DNA of 64,000 nucleotides from a virus (Duplodnaviria > Caudoviricetes). Where the stretch lies: IMG/VR virus record IMGVR_UViG_3300027969_000040. One strand, given 5' to 3'. The notes beneath the pieces were generated by a model, which ran no database searches, was not told the DNA's origin, and saw nothing but the letters and a program-made list of their open reading frames with translations. A program made the position numbers and the translations under genes. This document shows, in pieces, positions 18,367 through 26,608 of the stretch (within the stretch, counting starts at the first letter, position 1; each line of letters starts with the position of its first letter).

Positions 18367-18880
18367 TTGGTAATCCGCTTTGATCTTTGTAAACATCGTC
18401 CTCTAGTCCAACTTCGTATGCTTGTTCAATGTCCTCAATGTCAATTGTTTCTGATTCTAATTCGAGACTGCCTTGATGTATATCATGCATTAATTGTTTA
18501 GGCATAGTAATAGTTACTAGCCAAATTTGTTTTTTTGCTAATTTTGGAACTTTTGTACCCGATTTGAAATCCGACGGGTCGTCAACATGTACAGAATATG
18601 CTAAAGATTCTTCTTGGTATGTGACGTTGCACTTATAATCAAGCAACCTCTCGCCGCCGCGTGGATCGGGCATTAAATTATAAGGCCACATAAATGTGCA
18701 AGTAACGAAATATTTTTCGTAAATAGGACCCTCGACTAGTTCGCCTTTGTTCCAATTTTTAAATACATAAGTGTCAAGTTCATCTAATACACGTTCAAAA
18801 TCCATAAGACTTTCTAACGCACTGTTGGTCATATAGATATTTTTTGTATTTGCAATAACATCTTTAATGTGTTTGGCCAT
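18332..18880 (-). CDS. Hypothetical acidic protein
   Basis: 182-aa ORF with AAGG SD and upstream TAAATA boxes. Confidence 0.8.
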   Translation of the reverse strand: MAKHIKDVIANTKNIYMTNSALESLMDFERVLDELDTYVFKNWNKGELVEGPIYEKYFVTCTFMWPYNLMPDPRGGERLLDYKCNVTYQEESLAYSVHVDDPSDFKSGTKVPKLAKKQIWLVTITMPKQLMHDIHQGSLELESETIDIEDIEQAYEVGLEDDVYKDQSGLPNEQNTFSQPNI

Positions 18881-19057
18881 ATCCGCCCTTGTTTAAATTA
18901 TTTATTACTTTTTCAAGTATACTATATTTACCAAACTGTGCAGGCTTGAGCTAGTGTTTGAGTACAGCTTAATACTTAGTCCTAATAAAAAAATGTAATC
19001 TACTAGTAAAACCCGCAGGCAGATAGCCTTAAATATTTTTGTGCGCAGGAGGCACAG

Positions 19058-19852
19058 ATGAATCAAAATCAAAATCTATTAAATTTCAGGAGAATCCATT
19101 TGTCATCATCAGCTAAACGTAAACAACCTAGCCGCTCGTCCCGTAATCAATATAAAGAAGTAGATAATAATGTAGTAGGAATCAACGATTTTAGTCGCAG
19201 CAAACGTCAAGTTACATTACTACCAAAAACACTCAAACAGGAAGAATACATCGATTTACTAATAAACCCAAAGAAACTTATAATTTTTGCCACAGGCCCT
19301 GCAGGCACTGGCAAAACAATGTTGGCTGTAATGGCCGCAATCAAAGCCTACAAAGAAGGTCAAATTAATAAAATTATTATAACCAGACCTGCCGTGGGTG
19401 TAGATGATGAGCAGCACGGATTCCTTCCGGGGGATCTTAATGCTAAAATGGAGCCCTGGACTCGCCCAATTATGGACGTCATAGGCGAATACTATTCAAC
19501 CCGTGAAATCGCAGATATGCTAGCTAACCAAACCATAGAGATCTCTCCCCTAGCATATATGAGAGGCAGAAACTTTAAGCGTAGTTGGATCATCTTTGAT
19601 GAATCTCAAAACGCCACACTTAACCAGATGAAGATGGTTCTTACTCGCCTCAGCGAAGGGTCTAAATTAGTAGTCACCGGTGACTTACATCAAATGGATA
19701 GAAAATTTGAAGCAGACAATGGCCTAAGAGATTTTATTGACCGACTAGAAAAATCTGGTAGTTCGGCAATTGCCAATGTTAACTTTTCTCGACGAGATGT
19801 ACAACGGCATCCTGTTGTTGCGGAGGTACTAAAATTATACGGAGAAAATTAA
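19058..19852 (+). CDS. phoH: PhoH-like ATPase
   Basis: GPAGTGKT, ITRPAV, GFLPGDL..KMEPW, AYMRGR, DESQN, GDLHQMD. Alternative TTG start at 19100. Confidence 0.93.
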   Translation: MNQNQNLLNFRRIHLSSSAKRKQPSRSSRNQYKEVDNNVVGINDFSRSKRQVTLLPKTLKQEEYIDLLINPKKLIIFATGPAGTGKTMLAVMAAIKAYKEGQINKIIITRPAVGVDDEQHGFLPGDLNAKMEPWTRPIMDVIGEYYSTREIADMLANQTIEISPLAYMRGRNFKRSWIIFDESQNATLNQMKMVLTRLSEGSKLVVTGDLHQMDRKFEADNGLRDFIDRLEKSGSSAIANVNFSRRDVQRHPVVAEVLKLYGEN

Positions 19853-19855
19853 TAA

Positions 19856-19886
19856 CAAAATAAATGGGCCTAGCCCATTTATTTTA
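19856..19886. terminator. Bidirectional intrinsic terminator between convergent genes
   Basis: AAATGGGC-TA-GCCCATTT-type hairpin with A- and T-rich flanks. Confidence 0.8.
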
Positions 19887-20439
19887 TGTTCAAGTGTTTA
19901 AAATACTCGTAATGTTTTTCTAACGTCCATGTCGTTGGATCTATAGCGGTCCCATCATGTGTTTGATACTTTGCATCAAACACATTGGTATAACGTTCAA
20001 ACGGCAACCACATGTTAGGAGTCTTACTAGACCAACCTGCATCTTTGAGCATTGCATGTTTAGCACGACTTAATCTTACTGTGGGCGCATTTAATGCTTG
20101 CTCGATGGTGATTGCACTAGCCAGCAGCAAATCACGAATACGACTTGCTGGTATCAGGTGTTCAAAGTCGCACTCGTCGTCGGCGTCAACTTCATGATAA
20201 TGTGCTTTCATGCCGTCCCGTTGTTCAATGCAGTATTCATGATATCTACGTAGGTAGTATTCAATGTCTTTACGAATTTCTTGTAGCCATTGCTGGTCAT
20301 TTTTAACAGACTGATATTCAATTAACAATTTTTCAATTTGTATTAAACATCGTTTAGCAAGTGTCCTATAGGTATCGGGGCTACGTTTAGTTTTACCATA
20401 CACTGGTGCCGTAAAAGCCTCGAGCAAATCTTTAATCAT
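19879..20439 (-). CDS. Hypothetical protein with an HNH-like EHLIP motif
   Basis: CDFEHLIP..NAPTV.L...H pattern; probable start at 20439. Confidence 0.6.
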   Translation of the reverse strand: MIKDLLEAFTAPVYGKTKRSPDTYRTLAKRCLIQIEKLLIEYQSVKNDQQWLQEIRKDIEYYLRRYHEYCIEQRDGMKAHYHEVDADDECDFEHLIPASRIRDLLLASAITIEQALNAPTVRLSRAKHAMLKDAGWSSKTPNMWLPFERYTNVFDAKYQTHDGTAIDPTTWTLEKHYEYFKHLNIK

Positions 20440-20977
20440 TGGTATCCTCAAATAAATTGTTCCATAAATCAACGCTTACAAATGCCTTGCCGTCAATATA
20501 TGCTTCGTCTTTAATATTACCAATTGGCTTGTATCCAAATTGATCAACGTGTTCTTTTATTAGCTTTCTTTCAAGTTGCTTAACATGCCATTTTTTATCT
20601 GACGCATTGGGACTTTGAATTTCAGTTTGATCCATGATAATAATTTTCATACCGTTACGATTTAAATGATTACCTGTCTGTGCAAAATATTCAGCATCAA
20701 TATCAATCATATCTTTACCACTAGACCCGTGCAGTCTAATACCCCATCCGTCTAGGTTACCAGCCTGCCGATAAATTCTCTCTCCGGAATCCGAAGTAGT
20801 ATTAGATGGAATGCTCAGTCCATATTTAATAACAATGCCGTTGAATATAAATGCATAGACATAATCAGAAATTTTTAAAGATTTCATAGCCTTTAAAATT
20901 TCTGAATAATGCCGCATTTCACCAAGGTCGAACTCCCATGTAGGGCACGGGTCCCCGGTTATATATTTTACGCTCAT
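20432..20977 (-). CDS. GIY-YIG-like protein
   Basis: YVYAF...IKYG.S...RIY and a late E..LI; weak motif match. Confidence 0.5.
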   Translation of the reverse strand: MSVKYITGDPCPTWEFDLGEMRHYSEILKAMKSLKISDYVYAFIFNGIVIKYGLSIPSNTTSDSGERIYRQAGNLDGWGIRLHGSSGKDMIDIDAEYFAQTGNHLNRNGMKIIIMDQTEIQSPNASDKKWHVKQLERKLIKEHVDQFGYKPIGNIKDEAYIDGKAFVSVDLWNNLFEDTND

Positions 20978-22035
20978 ACTATTTCCTGATTTAATTGTGG
21001 GATTAAGCCGTCTGCAATGTTATCTTCAATGATACCCATAGTAGAACCTGCACCATGATATGGAAGATTAATAGTGCCACCTGCCAGCAAATAAATTTCA
21101 CGCAAAAAATTACTCATTGCTTCAGGAGCACTCCAGCTGGCACCCGGACGAACATGTGCCCATTGTATTTTGGCTTTGGAGTGAATTGTTCCTGAACTGT
21201 TGAATACTGTCTTTACAATTTTTAATACTTCTTTCATCCAGCCTGCAGGCATTGCAGTAGTTTCTACCCTTGCTAACTTATGCAATTCCAACAGACCAAT
21301 GTAGACACCCTGATCAATTTCCTCACCAATTGGAAATACTTCTTTAATGGTACTAAGTATTTCTAACAATACTTTACCGCTGTCATCAACCTCAATACCT
21401 TTTTGGGCATACTTAAAGTGACTAAAATAATAATCGTTGTCTCCACGAAGATTATCACTATTGCGTGACCCTTTGTCTTGTAAGTCAATTCTGGCAGAGT
21501 CAAATTGATCTTGCATTATTTTAGCACGAACTACTTTAACATCTCGACTACCGTTTTTATAACGTACCAATGCATTACGATGCAAGTCGCCAGGTGTCAG
21601 ACGCTTAACACCAGTGTCATTAAGCATTTCAAATGCATAGCTGGCAAAATTAGGATCGTCTGTTTCTACCACAGCACATGGAATTTCTGTGAATCCTAAA
21701 ATGCCAGCTGCAATAGTACGATGTTGTGCATCATACAAATATGTATTCGGCTTACCAATAAAGCGACATGCAGACCCAGGCGAACAAATACGCGGATCCC
21801 ACTTACGCATGATATTGATAATATGCTTGTGAATAACATCACGTTGTACTTCATAGTCAATCCAAAGATCTTCAATCTTTAACATTGCGCTAATGGGGAA
21901 TTTATGTGATAAAGCCTGGGCACGAGCTTGCCAGGCATTAATATCTTTTTGTGTTACACCGTAGTGTGCTTTGAGTTGGTTTTCGACTTCGGCGATAACG
22001 TCGGTCAGTTTACGTGTGAGGCGTTTTGCAGCCAT
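20974..22035 (-). CDS. ParB/Srx-superfamily (DGQHR-like) protein
   Basis: LWIDYEVQRD..WDP..YLYDAQHR motifs; probable start at 22035 with AAGGAG SD. Confidence 0.65.
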   Translation of the reverse strand: MAAKRLTRKLTDVIAEVENQLKAHYGVTQKDINAWQARAQALSHKFPISAMLKIEDLWIDYEVQRDVIHKHIINIMRKWDPRICSPGSACRFIGKPNTYLYDAQHRTIAAGILGFTEIPCAVVETDDPNFASYAFEMLNDTGVKRLTPGDLHRNALVRYKNGSRDVKVVRAKIMQDQFDSARIDLQDKGSRNSDNLRGDNDYYFSHFKYAQKGIEVDDSGKVLLEILSTIKEVFPIGEEIDQGVYIGLLELHKLARVETTAMPAGWMKEVLKIVKTVFNSSGTIHSKAKIQWAHVRPGASWSAPEAMSNFLREIYLLAGGTINLPYHGAGSTMGIIEDNIADGLIPQLNQEIV

Positions 22036-22130
22036 ATATGCTCCTTGGGTTAAATCGGAGCACCATGCTCCTACCGCTACTTGAACAAATGACGCACTAT
22101 GCACCCTACGTTCTCCTAGCAAGTTCTTCT

Positions 22131-22159
22131 ATTATAAGGCAAAAACTGCCTATTGTCAA
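22131..22159 (-). promoter_or_regulatory. Consensus sigma70 promoter TTGACA-N17-TATAAT
   Basis: Perfect consensus read from the sequence. Confidence 0.9.
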
Positions 22160-22177
22160 CCTCTTTTTGAGGTTTTT

Positions 22178-22765
22178 TTACGGGATAAACGTAACAATAT
22201 TGTATATTTCCCGCCAGTTTTTAACGGTTGTATACTGAGCACTAGGTTTGTCCATGTTATGCCCGTGTTCCATTAATATACTAGATAATCCCATTGAATT
22301 ACCCGTTATAGCATTGTCAATTTTATCCTCAATCCACCAAAGTTTTGAACCTTTATAAGGTGCAAGAGCTTGATCCTTGTCTGCACCTGTGTCTAAGAAA
22401 ACAAATTTCTCAAATGCAGTCTTACCAAATAATTTGCGTAAGTTCATTTTACGTAGTTCTTGGGCATTTTTATCTGCACTCAAACTAGTAATACAATGAA
22501 ACACATAACCATGTTCTTCATGCAGACGTTTAACATAGTACATACTATCTCTAAGTGCTGGCAAGAATCCAATGGCAGCACTTTCGTTGAACATTTTAAT
22601 TAATTTCTTACTTTGTTCAACATCAATGCCATATCGTTTGCCTATGCAGTATTTCAAATTGCCACCTTCTTGTTTGGCAAATCCGTGTTGCTGCATCCAA
22701 ATATCAAATGCGTATTCCCAGTCTAACAATACTCCATCTGCATCAGTAAGTATAATTTTTTCCAT
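22178..22765 (-). CDS. HAD-family 5'(3')-deoxyribonucleotidase-like protein
   Basis: ILTDADGVLLDW (DxDxV), K and WIEDK motifs; start at 22765 by TAATG coupling. Confidence 0.8.
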   Translation of the reverse strand: MEKIILTDADGVLLDWEYAFDIWMQQHGFAKQEGGNLKYCIGKRYGIDVEQSKKLIKMFNESAAIGFLPALRDSMYYVKRLHEEHGYVFHCITSLSADKNAQELRKMNLRKLFGKTAFEKFVFLDTGADKDQALAPYKGSKLWWIEDKIDNAITGNSMGLSSILMEHGHNMDKPSAQYTTVKNWREIYNIVTFIP

Positions 22766-23013
22766 TATCGTCCCTGGTTGCGTAATATCCAAGCTCTGAT
22801 TGTTTCAATGTTATTTTCAAGTCGCCGATTTTTCATTTCTAAATATTCTAATCGTTGACGCATAACAGACATCTCTGCAGACACCGATTCAACTGATTGT
22901 TTAGTGTCTTTGAGTTCTTTAACTTGACCTAATAGCGTCGGAGGTGGTGGCGCATTGGGATCTCTTACCCTGGTCTTTTTTTGCCGATATAATTTATTAA
23001 GCAGCGGGTTCAT
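22765..23013 (-). CDS. Small coiled-coil hypothetical protein
   Basis: 82-aa ORF in the operon. Confidence 0.7.
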   Translation of the reverse strand: MNPLLNKLYRQKKTRVRDPNAPPPPTLLGQVKELKDTKQSVESVSAEMSVMRQRLEYLEMKNRRLENNIETIRAWILRNQGR

Positions 23014-23464
23014 AGTGTTCGTTGGTACTAATTGATCCAGATATTACTGCTGAAATTTCAGCATTTTCTATAGCAGGTGTTTCAACTAATATTTCGTCTG
23101 CACCAATATCTACTACATGAGTAACGTCGCTGGGTTTGCTTAAAAACCTAGTCATATACTCTGGATCTAATTGATCCATAATATCTTTTGTATACTTGGG
23201 ATAGCCAGACATGAAATATGCAAACATTGTATCAAAATTACTATCTGGTTCCCATGCATTTCTGACTACTATTTTATTTCCAAGATCCAAGATAATCTTA
23301 GCGGTTGTTTTGTCGGATGTTTTTAAGTTCCTAACAACAGCCACTTGTTCGTCGTATTGTACAGCATTTTGTTCTTTCATCCAGCCCTTGTCCTGTGTTC
23401 TAACACTTTTAGATTTGGGACGAATATAGTAATATGCTACCAAGTATATAGTTTGTTTTTTCAT
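22997..23464 (-). CDS. Hypothetical protein
   Basis: 155-aa ORF with AGGT SD. Confidence 0.75.
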   Translation of the reverse strand: MKKQTIYLVAYYYIRPKSKSVRTQDKGWMKEQNAVQYDEQVAVVRNLKTSDKTTAKIILDLGNKIVVRNAWEPDSNFDTMFAYFMSGYPKYTKDIMDQLDPEYMTRFLSKPSDVTHVVDIGADEILVETPAIENAEISAVISGSISTNEHYEPAA

Positions 23465-23468
23465 TTGT

Positions 23469-24404
23469 TTACCTATTTAGTGAAATGAGTTCTGTTAATG
23501 TTGCACTTAAATTAATTTCTGCATCTGCGCAACTGTTGTGATTAACCAATCCTCTACGGATAATTAAAATAGCTTCATCTTTACCTTCTTCTGTGTCACT
23601 CCAAAGATCAAGATTATCGTAAGTCCATCGAAATACTTCTTCCATTTCTTCTGGCCTTGCTTGGCTACATATCAATTCTCGTGCCTGCCTAAACTTGCCC
23701 ATTTTAAATAAATTAACTGCATCTAATCTAAAATCATTAGCAGCAGATCCGATTTCTTTTGGCTCGTTTAATTTTCCGCTTACGCTATTTGTCTGCACTA
23801 AGTTCAAACATTTACGTAGATCTGGATATGTAGCTTTTACATAGCTATCTAATGTGTCTAGGTCAAAGTCGATATTTTCTTCCATTAGCACCATAGCAGC
23901 TCTTGCGGTGAATTCTGTTTGATCTGTTTTCTCAATATGAATTTCATGACATCTGCTATGCAATGGCGGAATAATTTTGTTTGGATAATTACACGTTAAA
24001 ATAAATCTAACATTCTCACTGTAATCTTCCATCAGATTACGCATTGCCGGTTGTACACTTTCTTTATTTAAATAGTCTGCTTCATCAATTAATACTATCT
24101 TAAATGTACCAAATGGCATAGTTTGACAAAAGCCTTCTAGCTTGTCGCGCAACCAATCAATCTTACGACCTTCCTTACTACCATTGACCATTAATACATC
24201 AATATCCTCAACTCCTAGTTGATTAATTAGTATTTTGGCCAATGTAGTTTTACCAGTGCCTGCTGGACCGTGCAATAGTAAATGCGGAATGGATTTATCT
24301 TTAATCCAAAATTCAACTTGTTCCTGTACGGATGGGTCTGTAAATACGTATCCGTCTACATTCGTAGGACGATATTTCTCTACCCAAAGTTGTGTAACTG
24401 ACAT
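23469..24404 (-). CDS. Sliding-clamp loader ATPase subunit (T4 gp44/RFC small subunit-like)
   Basis: LWVEKYRP, GPAGTGKTT, LIDEADYL, FILTCNY, PLHSRC (SRC motif), YPDLRK. Confidence 0.92.
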   Translation of the reverse strand: MSVTQLWVEKYRPTNVDGYVFTDPSVQEQVEFWIKDKSIPHLLLHGPAGTGKTTLAKILINQLGVEDIDVLMVNGSKEGRKIDWLRDKLEGFCQTMPFGTFKIVLIDEADYLNKESVQPAMRNLMEDYSENVRFILTCNYPNKIIPPLHSRCHEIHIEKTDQTEFTARAAMVLMEENIDFDLDTLDSYVKATYPDLRKCLNLVQTNSVSGKLNEPKEIGSAANDFRLDAVNLFKMGKFRQARELICSQARPEEMEEVFRWTYDNLDLWSDTEEGKDEAILIIRRGLVNHNSCADAEINLSATLTELISLNR

Positions 24405-24458
24405 GTGTGTGCCTTTAAAAAGTGTTATTACTAATAATAACACAAGGTTGTGTGAAAG

Positions 24459-24839
24459 TCAACGGTCTCTGGCAACTTCGTTGGCATGAATAGCAGTACT
24501 CATAGTGTCATCGTACTGTTCTTCATCGGACAATAGTAACATGTCATTTGGATCAATACGCCTGATAGTATGTTTACCGGTTTCGTCTTCAATTTCGACT
24601 CCCCGGGTCCATCTACCATGTGAAATTAAAACCCATTGACCTACATCAACATCTTTTTGCTCAGGGCCTACTGCATAGACTCTAGCCCAACGGGGACGTA
24701 TACCGTGTGTTTTACCGTTGTCGCTAGGAATAAAAATCCCAGAATTGGTTAGACGTTCTTTAAAATTCATATCCGCAACCAGAATTGAATTTCCAATTGG
24801 GGTAATTTTTTTAACTTTATGTATCAGTGGGATTCCCAT
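24459..24839 (-). CDS. groES: GroES/Cpn10-like co-chaperonin
   Basis: ITPIGNSILV..E..T.SGIFIP..ARVYAVGP...V.VGQWV. Confidence 0.8.
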   Translation of the reverse strand: MGIPLIHKVKKITPIGNSILVADMNFKERLTNSGIFIPSDNGKTHGIRPRWARVYAVGPEQKDVDVGQWVLISHGRWTRGVEIEDETGKHTIRRIDPNDMLLLSDEEQYDDTMSTAIHANEVARDR

Positions 24840-24843
24840 TTTA

Positions 24844-25167
24844 TTAATTTCCGTCGTTAACTATCGAGTCTGCTAAACTTCCTCTTAGAGATCCTGCTCT
24901 AACTGCTGGTGCCACCGGCGCCTGTTGTATTAAGATGCTTTCGTCTGCGGTTAGTTCGTTTTCAGCAACAGCCACAGTGGGTGTATTCAATTGATAATAA
25001 TCATTCATAATTTGATTACGTGATCGAATAACTTCGCCCCCTGGCCCTAACTCGTCTCCCCTAGCATTAACTTTCATATTGCCAACTGCAATAGTATCTT
25101 CGTTGCTTAGTCTCAGTTTGTCGATGTCAATTGATCGTCCAAGTGCTGATCGGTGTGTATTTGCCAT
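24844..25167 (-). CDS. Hypothetical protein
   Basis: 107-aa ORF with AAGGA SD. Confidence 0.75.
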   Translation of the reverse strand: MANTHRSALGRSIDIDKLRLSNEDTIAVGNMKVNARGDELGPGGEVIRSRNQIMNDYYQLNTPTVAVAENELTADESILIQQAPVAPAVRAGSLRGSLADSIVNDGN

Positions 25168-25170
25168 AAT

Positions 25171-25686
25171 TTAATCCTTTAAAAATTCCTCAATGGGTAA
25201 ATCGTAGTAAAGCGAATTAATTTTATGTACTCCTAATAGGTATAATACATAGCTGGCCACGCTACTACCTCTGCCAACTCCCCATACTATGTTATTCTTT
25301 CTCATAGTGTCTACTAGATATTTAAGATAACACAGCAACGGAAACATTTTTTTCTCTTGAAACAACAATAATTCTTGCCCTACACGTTGCAAGTCTTCAT
25401 CCGATTTACATAATTCAAGTATATGTTTAGCAATATCAATGTTTTTATATTCATCTGGCATAAACCAGGATTCTTGATTTTGTTGATCAAATTCTTCTAA
25501 CGAAATATCAGAAACAACATATTGTTGTAGCTTTGGAAAATTAACATGAGTTTCATCTACACTTTTATTATAAAGTTGTGGATTATCTATTAGGAAATTC
25601 CCCAAATCTAAATCTGGTTTGTCGTATAATAAACTGAACAAGTTTTGTTCAGTTAAATGCCGCTGCCCGAATTGATCGTAATTCAT
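25171..25686 (-). CDS. Stand-alone fragment homologous to DNA polymerase III alpha (DnaE)
   Basis: VWGVGRGSSVASYVLYLLGVHKINSLYYDLPIEEFL matches the DnaE GPGRGS..GS.V.Y.L.I..P..Y.L.FERFL block; only 171 aa. Confidence 0.8.
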   Translation of the reverse strand: MNYDQFGQRHLTEQNLFSLLYDKPDLDLGNFLIDNPQLYNKSVDETHVNFPKLQQYVVSDISLEEFDQQNQESWFMPDEYKNIDIAKHILELCKSDEDLQRVGQELLLFQEKKMFPLLCYLKYLVDTMRKNNIVWGVGRGSSVASYVLYLLGVHKINSLYYDLPIEEFLKD

Positions 25687-25919
25687 TAGTTAATATCAAT
25701 TATATTTTTAAAATTAGCATTCTTATTTGCATCATCAAATATTTTCTGCTGACGTTTGATAATTTCTTGTTGATAGTCATCCATTATCATTGACAGTTGA
25801 TTTATTAAATTGTAGTCTCCCATCCTCTGAACTTGTAGCCGTCTTTTAACAAGACTGTTATATTTTTCAGTGAGTTCCTCTATTTTAAGATTAGATAAAT
25901 CTGGTAATAATGGATGCAT
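25686..25919 (-). CDS. Hypothetical helical protein
   Basis: ORF; start at 25919 or 25934. Confidence 0.7.
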   Translation of the reverse strand: MHPLLPDLSNLKIEELTEKYNSLVKRRLQVQRMGDYNLINQLSMIMDDYQQEIIKRQQKIFDDANKNANFKNIIDIN

Positions 25920-25930
25920 AATAAATTCTC

Positions 25931-26119
25931 TCAACTAAAATCTTTGAACATTTCTTTTCTTCCTGGCTCGCCCAAAGTAATATCAAATAAATCTTTGGTA
26001 CGTTGTAGCATAACACATGCTAGCATTAACATTTCGTTTTTATCATCTGTTAACTGTATAGAAGAATCGATCAATATCATTAATTCTGCCATGCGATCTT
26101 TAGTGGGGTTAATGCTCAT
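25931..26119 (-). CDS. Hypothetical protein
   Basis: 62-aa ORF coupled to the MazG-like gene. Confidence 0.7.
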   Translation of the reverse strand: MSINPTKDRMAELMILIDSSIQLTDDKNEMLMLACVMLQRTKDLFDITLGEPGRKEMFKDFS

Positions 26120-26565
26120 TATAGATCGCCATCTTGCCGATTTTCGCTATAAAAAGGATCAAATTTTCCCCCGGGGTAGCGAGACTCTAGCTTACGTACA
26201 TTTTCAGCAATAACATCATTTGGATCTAAGTTTAATGCTCTGCAAGCATTAACCCAATACCACATGATATCTCCTAGTTCACGTTTCATATGAAAAAGTG
26301 ATTCGTCATTGAATGCTTTTCCTTGGAAAAATATCTTCTTTGGAATTTCAATAAATTCTCCGCTTTCAGCAGCAAGCCCTAAACATGCTGTAAACAACAA
26401 CGGGACATTGACATCGGGGCCGTGTTTCATTTCTCCATCTATCAATTCATAATTGGCGTCAATACGGTCGCATGTGTCCATAAATGTAGTTAAGTCATTA
26501 CTAGGCATACTAGTAACTTCTTCTACAAACTTTTGATATTTGTTTAAATCAATCTGCATTAACAC
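26119..26565 (-). CDS. mazG: MazG-like NTP pyrophosphohydrolase
   Basis: GLAAESGEFIE..KK..RELGDIMWY..N..KL..RYP. Confidence 0.85.
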   Translation of the reverse strand: MLMQIDLNKYQKFVEEVTSMPSNDLTTFMDTCDRIDANYELIDGEMKHGPDVNVPLLFTACLGLAAESGEFIEIPKKIFFQGKAFNDESLFHMKRELGDIMWYWVNACRALNLDPNDVIAENVRKLESRYPGGKFDPFYSENRQDGDL

Positions 26566-26578
26566 TCCTGTTTTAATG

Positions 26579-26607
26579 ATTGTATACTATACATTAATAA
26601 AGGTCAA
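26579..26607 (-). promoter_or_regulatory. sigma70-type promoter TTGACC-N17-TACAAT
   Basis: Read from the sequence, upstream of the MazG-like gene. Confidence 0.7.
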
Positions 26608-26608
26608 C

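Noticed and set aside
9559-24404. Inteins or introns in ClpA, PhoH or the clamp loader
   Set aside because: Lengths are typical and no C/S...HN splice motifs or LAGLIDADG blocks were seen.
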